This document shows positions 16,673 to 21,236 of a stretch of DNA of 21,236 bases, one piece after another; the first letter of the stretch is position 1; each line of letters starts with the position of its first letter. The DNA lies in NCBI GenBank assembly GCA_002716355.1, contig PBAU01000004.1, positions 1 through 21,236 of the forward strand, given 5' to 3'. Made by a program: the position numbers and the translations under genes. The notes under the pieces were generated by a model. It saw only the letters and a program-made list of their open reading frames with translations. It did no database searches and had not been told where the DNA came from. This stretch comes from a bacterium (GTDB lineage Bacteria > UBP7 > UBA6624).

Positions 16673-18145
16673 CTAAAATTCAAAGTAAATAAATTCCTCT
16701 GCACTTCCTCTGTAAAATAAAACTACTAAAAGCATGATGATAGTCAAGAAAATTAACCAATGTTTTACTTGTAATGATGAAATTCTTTCACTCACATTTT
16801 TAATTTTTAATGTAATAATTTGTAATATAAGAAAAATAGGAATTAGTATCACTGCAAATTCATTTTGTTGGATAAAATTAATTGTACCATCTATCTCGAA
16901 ATCCCAAATCAAATATTTCTTCATTGAATAAACCATCTCATCAACATCTCTTACTCTAAACGAGATAAATGCAAAAAATATTAAAAACTGTGTTATTAGA
17001 ATACTAGTTATTTTTCCAATTTTTGTTTTAAAGAATTTATTCTTACTAAAATTTGGGAATTGTTTTCTAACCAAAGTATCTACTGCAACATAGATTCCAT
17101 GAATTATACCAAAAATTATAAAATTCCATCCTGCACCATGCCATAAACCTAGTAAAAAGAATGACGTAAATAAACTAGAGAATAATCTTTGTGACGATTT
17201 CCTATTTTTAAAAATTAATGGAAAATAAAGATAATCTCTAACCCATGTTGACAGGCTAATGTGCCATCTTCTCCAAAAATCTGATGGAGATGTAGAAAAA
17301 AATGGTTTTCTAAAATTCGGTGGAACATTTATTCCAATTATTAGTGCTGCTCCAATTGCTATGTCAGAGTATCCTGAAAAGTCTCCATATACTTGAAAAC
17401 CAAATCCAATTGTACCTAAAATAATTGTAAATGACTCATGTCCTATTGGACTATTGAATACATTATCTACCATTGGAGCAATATTATCTGCAAAAAATAA
17501 TTTTTTTAGAAAACCAATTGCCATCATTGTGATTCCTAATTTTAAATTCCTATTATTGATGAAAAATTGTTTTAGTTTAATTTGTGATTTAAGATTTGAA
17601 ATTTTTTCATTTAGTTGCGGTAAAAAATCACTTGCACGTAATATTGGTCCAGCAACTAAGGTCGGAAAAAATGCTACAAATAATCCATATTGTAAAATAG
17701 ATCGGGTTGGTTTTAATGAACCCCTGTAAATATCAATTATATAACTAATTGACTGGAAAGTATAGAATGAAATTCCTATAGGTAAAATTAAATTCAAAAA
17801 TGGGATCTCTGTAAATCCTAAAACTCCAAAAAGTTCATTAATTTGTGAAATTGCAAAGTCTGTGTATTTAAAAAAACCAAGTAAACCTAAACTTCCGCCT
17901 ATTCCAATACCTAACAGAATTTTTCTATTCTTAGGATCTGTTGATTCTGCTATCTTTTTACCTATGAAGTAATGCAAAATTGTTGTATAAACTAATAATA
18001 AAACTAAGTAGCTATCTGAAAAGTATAGAAAGAAAAAACTAGCAACTACTAATAGCGTATGTTGGAATTTTCGATTTTTATAACACACTATAGCTGTTAA
18101 AACAGCTATAAAGAATACGATGAACTCTACCGTTGTAAATAGCAT
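16673..18145 (-). CDS. MBOAT family membrane-bound O-acyltransferase (AlgI/DltB/PatA-like)
   Basis: 490-aa polytopic ORF with ATG at 18143-18145. Both family histidine motifs are present: DFWRRWHISLSTWVRDYLYFPL (His295, nt 17261-17263) and LLGLWHGAGWNF (His336, nt 17138-17140). Also ISFYTFQSISYIIDIYRG and FFPTLVAGPI, typical of AlgI/DltB. Confidence 0.9.
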   Translation of the reverse strand: MLFTTVEFIVFFIAVLTAIVCYKNRKFQHTLLVVASFFFLYFSDSYLVLLLVYTTILHYFIGKKIAESTDPKNRKILLGIGIGGSLGLLGFFKYTDFAISQINELFGVLGFTEIPFLNLILPIGISFYTFQSISYIIDIYRGSLKPTRSILQYGLFVAFFPTLVAGPILRASDFLPQLNEKISNLKSQIKLKQFFINNRNLKLGITMMAIGFLKKLFFADNIAPMVDNVFNSPIGHESFTIILGTIGFGFQVYGDFSGYSDIAIGAALIIGINVPPNFRKPFFSTSPSDFWRRWHISLSTWVRDYLYFPLIFKNRKSSQRLFSSLFTSFFLLGLWHGAGWNFIIFGIIHGIYVAVDTLVRKQFPNFSKNKFFKTKIGKITSILITQFLIFFAFISFRVRDVDEMVYSMKKYLIWDFEIDGTINFIQQNEFAVILIPIFLILQIITLKIKNVSERISSLQVKHWLIFLTIIMLLVVLFYRGSAEEFIYFEF

Positions 18146-19104
18146 TATTCTTTTAACTCCTTAATCATCCATTCTTTGATATCATCTGTGTAGATCTGTG
18201 CATTTCTATTAATTGCAACATGATATGGGTCACTCCAAATCTCATTCTCAGCATATTTGTCGTGTAAATATAATATGTCAATATCAAATCTCTGAGAAAT
18301 ATTATCTATTATTTTCTCAAAATTCTCAATCTCACTCTGTTTCACATGTTCAAAAACTAATTCATTGTAAGGTGGTGTGAAAATCAAAACTTTAATTCCA
18401 TTTGATTGAAATGTTTCAATAATTTTGTTTACAGCTAAAAATTCACTGTTTTCAATATCATTATCAATTCCTCTGAATCCTACACCTTCTCCGTAAATAG
18501 ATTTAATCTCATCTTGAGAAAGAATATTGTTTTCTCTGTAATTCATAAATGGATGAGTTGGATAATCTGGTCCTCTCAAAATATATTTGATTGATTGTAT
18601 CATTCTATCTTTTGGTGAAGTTGGAAATTTTTCAGAAAAATCTAAATTAAATATTGAGGATAAGAAATTTACAAAAAATTTGTCAGGCTCTACGATATTT
18701 CCAAATAACCCTCTATTGAAAAACTCACTTCTATAATCTCTTGATTTCTCAAAATCTGTCATACTTATTCCATAAATAATGACTTTTGGTTCTAGTTCTA
18801 CTAAGTGCATCATACTATTCACTCTTCTAGTAGGTGTATCGCTCATATCTGCTAAATTATAAATCTCATAGTCTAATTGATTCATTATCAATTCATCTGA
18901 AATTCTATCCACATCTATTGAATAGACATTACTGGCACCTATGAAAAAAATTGATTCTTTTTTAATGATCTCTTTCTCTGAAAAAATACCATTCCATTCT
19001 GGATCATAAATGTGAAGATATAGATCCATAAATAAATAAAATATTCCACCTGTAAAACAAAATGCAACAAGTAATGCTAAAAGAATTTTAAAATTCAAAT
19101 CCAT
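18145..19104 (-). CDS. Membrane-anchored extracytoplasmic partner of the MBOAT; DltD/AlgJ-like SGNH-type acyl-transfer protein (tentative)
   Basis: 319-aa ORF with ATG at 19102-19104. Single N-terminal TM (ILLALLVAFCFTGGIFYLF). FFIGASNVY (Ser58) near the N-terminus and WSDPYHVA (Asp292-x-x-His295) near the C-terminus match SGNH block I and block V spacing. Its stop overlaps the MBOAT start by 1 nt (TAATG at 18143-18147). A GAGG lies about 8 nt upstream of the ATG. Confidence 0.55.
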   Translation of the reverse strand: MDLNFKILLALLVAFCFTGGIFYLFMDLYLHIYDPEWNGIFSEKEIIKKESIFFIGASNVYSIDVDRISDELIMNQLDYEIYNLADMSDTPTRRVNSMMHLVELEPKVIIYGISMTDFEKSRDYRSEFFNRGLFGNIVEPDKFFVNFLSSIFNLDFSEKFPTSPKDRMIQSIKYILRGPDYPTHPFMNYRENNILSQDEIKSIYGEGVGFRGIDNDIENSEFLAVNKIIETFQSNGIKVLIFTPPYNELVFEHVKQSEIENFEKIIDNISQRFDIDILYLHDKYAENEIWSDPYHVAINRNAQIYTDDIKEWMIKELKE

Positions 19105-19117
19105 TTAGGCCTCTATT

Positions 19118-20002
19118 TTATTTATTATTTTCACGAACAACATTAACTAAACTATATAGTAAAATTGCAGATATGAGAAATATCACTGCAATTAAAATTG
19201 TACCTGCAGCAACTACTGTCAAATTAGTATTTAATCTACCAATTTCTGCATAATACTGTATTGAAAAATATGTAAAAGCTATTCCTACAATGAAAAATAT
19301 TACTGATGGTATCCCATAGAATTTTAATGGATGTTCAATAGATGTATATTTTATTGTACTAAAGATCACTGATGAACCATGCGTTACAGGATTCTGTGTA
19401 GATGTATCTCCTTCATACAAAATTTTAATTGGAACTTCTGAAATTTTAAAATTCTTGCTACTTGCTTTAATTAAAATTTCAGTTGATATTCCCATACCTA
19501 ACTCAGATGGATTTAATTCATCAACAACTTGTTTTGAATAAGCTCTAAACCCACTTTGTGAATCAGTTAATTTCTCTTTTATACTTGCGTTTGTTATCTT
19601 TGTAATTACTTTAATTCCAACTCTTCTATAATTGGGTACTTCTTTCTCACTATCATCTAAAAATCTTGAACCTACAACTAAATCAGCATCTTGATTATTT
19701 ATTGGTTCTATAACTTTTTGAACATCTTCGATTCTATGTTGTCCATCAGCATCAAATGTTACTAAAATATCACCTTCGATATTTTTAGCCTTTGTAAAAA
19801 TACTTCTAATTGCTCCGCCATACCCTAAATTTTTTTCATGGTTAACCACTATTGCTCCCATTTTTTCAGCTATCTGTGATGTCAAATCCGTTGAACCATC
19901 ATTGCACACTATCACCTTATCTGCAATTTTTGATAATTTTGTAATGATTGTTGCAATGTTTTTTTCTTCATTAAATGCCGGAATTCCTACAATTATCTTC
20001 AA
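19118..20002 (-). CDS. GT2 polyprenyl(dolichyl)-phosphate sugar synthase type glycosyltransferase (GtrB/ArnC/DPM1-like) with two C-terminal TM helices
   Basis: 294-aa ORF. TTG at 20000-20002 gives a canonical MKIIVGIPAFNEEKNI N-terminus. VIVCNDGSTDLT, FDADGQH (DxD) and GFRAY motifs. Two C-terminal TM helices (GIPSVIFFIVGIAFTYFSI; VVAAGTILIAVIFLISAILLYSL), as in GtrB/ArnC-type enzymes. Confidence 0.85.
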   Translation of the reverse strand: MKIIVGIPAFNEEKNIATIITKLSKIADKVIVCNDGSTDLTSQIAEKMGAIVVNHEKNLGYGGAIRSIFTKAKNIEGDILVTFDADGQHRIEDVQKVIEPINNQDADLVVGSRFLDDSEKEVPNYRRVGIKVITKITNASIKEKLTDSQSGFRAYSKQVVDELNPSELGMGISTEILIKASSKNFKISEVPIKILYEGDTSTQNPVTHGSSVIFSTIKYTSIEHPLKFYGIPSVIFFIVGIAFTYFSIQYYAEIGRLNTNLTVVAAGTILIAVIFLISAILLYSLVNVVRENNK

Positions 20003-20107
20003 TTTTTAACCTTGTGACTGATTTCAAATTTTAGCCTATAAAATATACTACTCAAAGTTTTTCTGTTTTTTTGAAATTTTTATGATATATTCATTCATTT
20101 GAATAGA

Positions 20108-20120
20108 AAATATAATTAAA
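20108..20120 (+). promoter_or_regulatory. Candidate TATA box for the 2,3-dehydratase/oxidoreductase unit
   Basis: AAATATAATTAAA, centred about 27 nt upstream of the GTG at 20141. It lies in the 138-nt divergent intergenic region shared with the GT2 gene. The minus strand has TAAAATTT and TATATTTTATAGG about 27 and 39 nt upstream of 20002. Confidence 0.3.
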
Positions 20121-20140
20121 GAACCTGTTGAAGATTTCTC

Positions 20141-20890
20141 GTGTTAGTTGATGAAATTAAAGCAATATTGGAAAAAAATGATTATGAGCTAGATCCTGAT
20201 GGAATATCACGAATTCAAACCATGTTAGAATCAATAAGGGATGATAATCAAATAAACAAACTTGACTTCATAATTAACTGGTTTAATAAAAAACGTGAAG
20301 AATCTGATATGGTTGTTGAAGAAATTGGAATTAAAGAATTAGATAAATGGAATGTTGATCATAATTCAGGAAATATTTTTCATGAATCGGGAGGATTCTT
20401 TAGAATCATAGGAATCAAAGCTTCAAATACATTTGATCGTGAAGTTGGCAAGAAAGGATGGACTCAACCAATGATTGCAAAAAACCCTGGAGGGATATTA
20501 GGAATTATCATGAAAAGAATCAATGGCATTCCTCATTATCTTCTACAAGCAAAGGCAGAACCTGGTAACATTGGAAAATTACAATTATCTCCAACACTTC
20601 AAGCAACAACAAGTAATTTGTTAAAAGCTCATGGTGGCGCAAAACCATTATTTGCAGAATATTTTAATGAAGAAAATAATCCAAAAATCATCTATGCAAA
20701 ATGGCAATCAGAAGATGGTGGTAGATTTCATTTAAAATCAAATTATAATATGATTGTAGAAGTAAAAAGTGATGAAGAATTAGAAATTCCAGATTCATTC
20801 ATTTGGGTTACATTATATCAGATAAAACAATTAATGAAGATTGAAAATGTTGTTGGACCACATGTAAGAGGAATTATTTCTTATCTGTGA
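20141..20890 (+). CDS. NDP-hexose 2,3-dehydratase family protein (Hexose_dehydrat / EvaA-like), single-domain half-size form
   Basis: 249-aa ORF with GTG at 20141. Strong family pattern: GGFFRIIGIKA...REV..KGWTQPMI...GGILGII...GIPHYLLQAKAEPGNIGKLQLSPTLQATTSNLLKAHGG..PLFAEYF...WQSEDGGRFHLKSNYNMIVEV...IPDSFIWVTLYQIKQLM...NVVGPHVRGIISYL. Only one such domain is present; characterised enzymes carry two. Confidence 0.8.
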   Translation: MLVDEIKAILEKNDYELDPDGISRIQTMLESIRDDNQINKLDFIINWFNKKREESDMVVEEIGIKELDKWNVDHNSGNIFHESGGFFRIIGIKASNTFDREVGKKGWTQPMIAKNPGGILGIIMKRINGIPHYLLQAKAEPGNIGKLQLSPTLQATTSNLLKAHGGAKPLFAEYFNEENNPKIIYAKWQSEDGGRFHLKSNYNMIVEVKSDEELEIPDSFIWVTLYQIKQLMKIENVVGPHVRGIISYL

Positions 20891-20893
20891 AAA

Positions 20894-21236
20894 ATGAATC
20901 CTCTAAAATTTGGTATTATTGGTTGTTCCCGAATTGCAAAACGTTCAGTAATTCCTGCTATCATAAAATCAGAATTTGCAGAACTTGAAATAATTGGTAG
21001 TCGTTCAACAGACAAAGCAAAAGAATTTGCTAGTGAGTTTAACTGTGAAAAATTTGGTACTTATGAAGATGTCATATCCGATGACTCAGTTGATGCCGTA
21101 TACATCTCAACTCCAATTGGTACCCATGAAGAATGGTCAATCAAAGCATCAGAGGCAGGTAAGCATGTTTACGTTGAAAAATCTAGTGCAGTAAATTTTG
21201 ATTCAGCGCAAAAAATGGTTGAATCTGCAAAAGAAA
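20894..21236 (+). CDS. Gfo/Idh/MocA family NAD(P)-dependent oxidoreductase (candidate NDP-hexose 3-ketoreductase), 3'-truncated by the window edge
   Basis: Not in the ORF track because no stop is reached. ATG at 20894, 4 nt after the dehydratase stop. My own translation: MNPLKFGIIGCSRIAKRSVIPAIIKSEFAELEIIGSRSTDKAKEFASEFNCEKFGTYEDVISDDSVDAVYISTPIGTHEEWSIKASEAGKHVYVEKSSAVNFDSAQKMVESAKE. Family motifs GIIGCSRIA, VDAVYISTP..HEEW and AGKHVYVEK(P/S). Confidence 0.8.
   Translation, partial: MNPLKFGIIGCSRIAKRSVIPAIIKSEFAELEIIGSRSTDKAKEFASEFNCEKFGTYEDVISDDSVDAVYISTPIGTHEEWSIKASEAGKHVYVEKSSAVNFDSAQKMVESAKE

Noticed and set aside
437-17729. Short ORFs of 64-100 aa from the six-frame track lying antisense or out of frame inside longer genes (437-703, 1211-1513, 4399-4602, 5807-6022, 6434-6685, 8095-8316, 12958-13167, 14007-14204, 14529-14732, 15148-15342, 16155-16406, 16734-16931, 17454-17729).
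   Set aside because: Each is fully or mostly embedded in a longer ORF whose product has clear family motifs. Their translations are low-complexity and hydrophobic, as expected from reading AT-rich coding DNA on the wrong strand. None has a recognisable motif or its own promoter-like box.
16673-19104. Reading the MBOAT/partner pair as a DltB/DltD D-alanylation system.
   Set aside because: No DltA-like adenylating ligase or DltC-like carrier protein ORF is present anywhere in the window. The apparent host type has no teichoic acids. I kept it as a generic O-acyl (probably acetyl) transferase pair.
20994-21194. 66-aa plus-strand ORF listed in the track near the 3' end.
   Set aside because: It is out of frame with, and wholly inside, the longer open frame starting at ATG 20894. 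That frame translates into a convincing Gfo/Idh/MocA N-terminus. The 66-aa product (MVVVQQTKQKN...) has no features.
1-21236. Scan for CRISPR arrays, tRNA/rRNA genes, transposases, integrases, toxin-antitoxin pairs or recognisable defence-system genes.
   Set aside because: There are no regularly spaced direct repeats and no G+C-rich structured-RNA-like segments in this AT-rich background. No ORF has DDE, tyrosine/serine recombinase, nuclease-helicase or similar motifs. All sizeable ORFs are accounted for by sugar or envelope functions.

Overview
AT-rich window (about 30% G+C by eye, not computed) that is almost entirely coding: 19 complete CDS plus one CDS running off the 3' end. I read it as a cell-surface glycan biosynthesis and glycosylation island. 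The proteins are Ile/Lys/Asn-rich and many starts are TTG or GTG. A/T-rich TATA-like boxes sit about 24-29 nt upstream of start codons with almost no leader, and gene junctions are tight or overlapping. This suggests an archaeon, plausibly a marine Nitrosopumilus-like thaumarchaeon; that taxonomic call is inference only. Apparent transcription units: (1) + 84-3463: nucleotide-sugar dehydrogenase, glutaminase-less asparagine-synthetase-like PP-loop enzyme, short dehydrogenase-like Rossmann protein. (2) - 3473-4528: GT4 glycosyltransferase. (3) + 4649-6650: membrane-anchored alpha/beta-hydrolase-like protein and a UPF0104 (LPG-synthase-TM, flippase-like) membrane protein. (4) - 9716/9761 to 6658: DegT-type sugar aminotransferase and two extended SDR epimerase/dehydratases. 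(5) + 9822-12920: GT2, SAM methyltransferase, GT-C membrane glycosyltransferase. (6) - 12947-14938: B12-binding radical SAM enzyme. (7) - 20002 to 14999: polyprenyl-phosphate-type GT2, DltD/AlgJ-like SGNH partner, MBOAT O-acyltransferase, second GT-C. (8) + 20141 to window end: single-domain NDP-hexose 2,3-dehydratase and a Gfo/Idh/MocA oxidoreductase (truncated by the window). I recognised no rRNA, tRNA, CRISPR array, transposase, integrase or repeat-bounded element. The leads most worth follow-up are: the GT2/DltD-like/MBOAT/GT-C operon (extracytoplasmic glycosylate-and-acylate module in an apparent archaeon); the class-B radical SAM gene bracketed by two convergent GT2-decorator-GT-C cassettes with paralogous GT-C enzymes; a half-size 2,3-dehydratase plus ketoreductase (2-deoxysugar chemistry); and a dehydrogenase translationally coupled to a glutaminase-less amidoligase. 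All functional calls rest on motifs read by eye. No database search was run.
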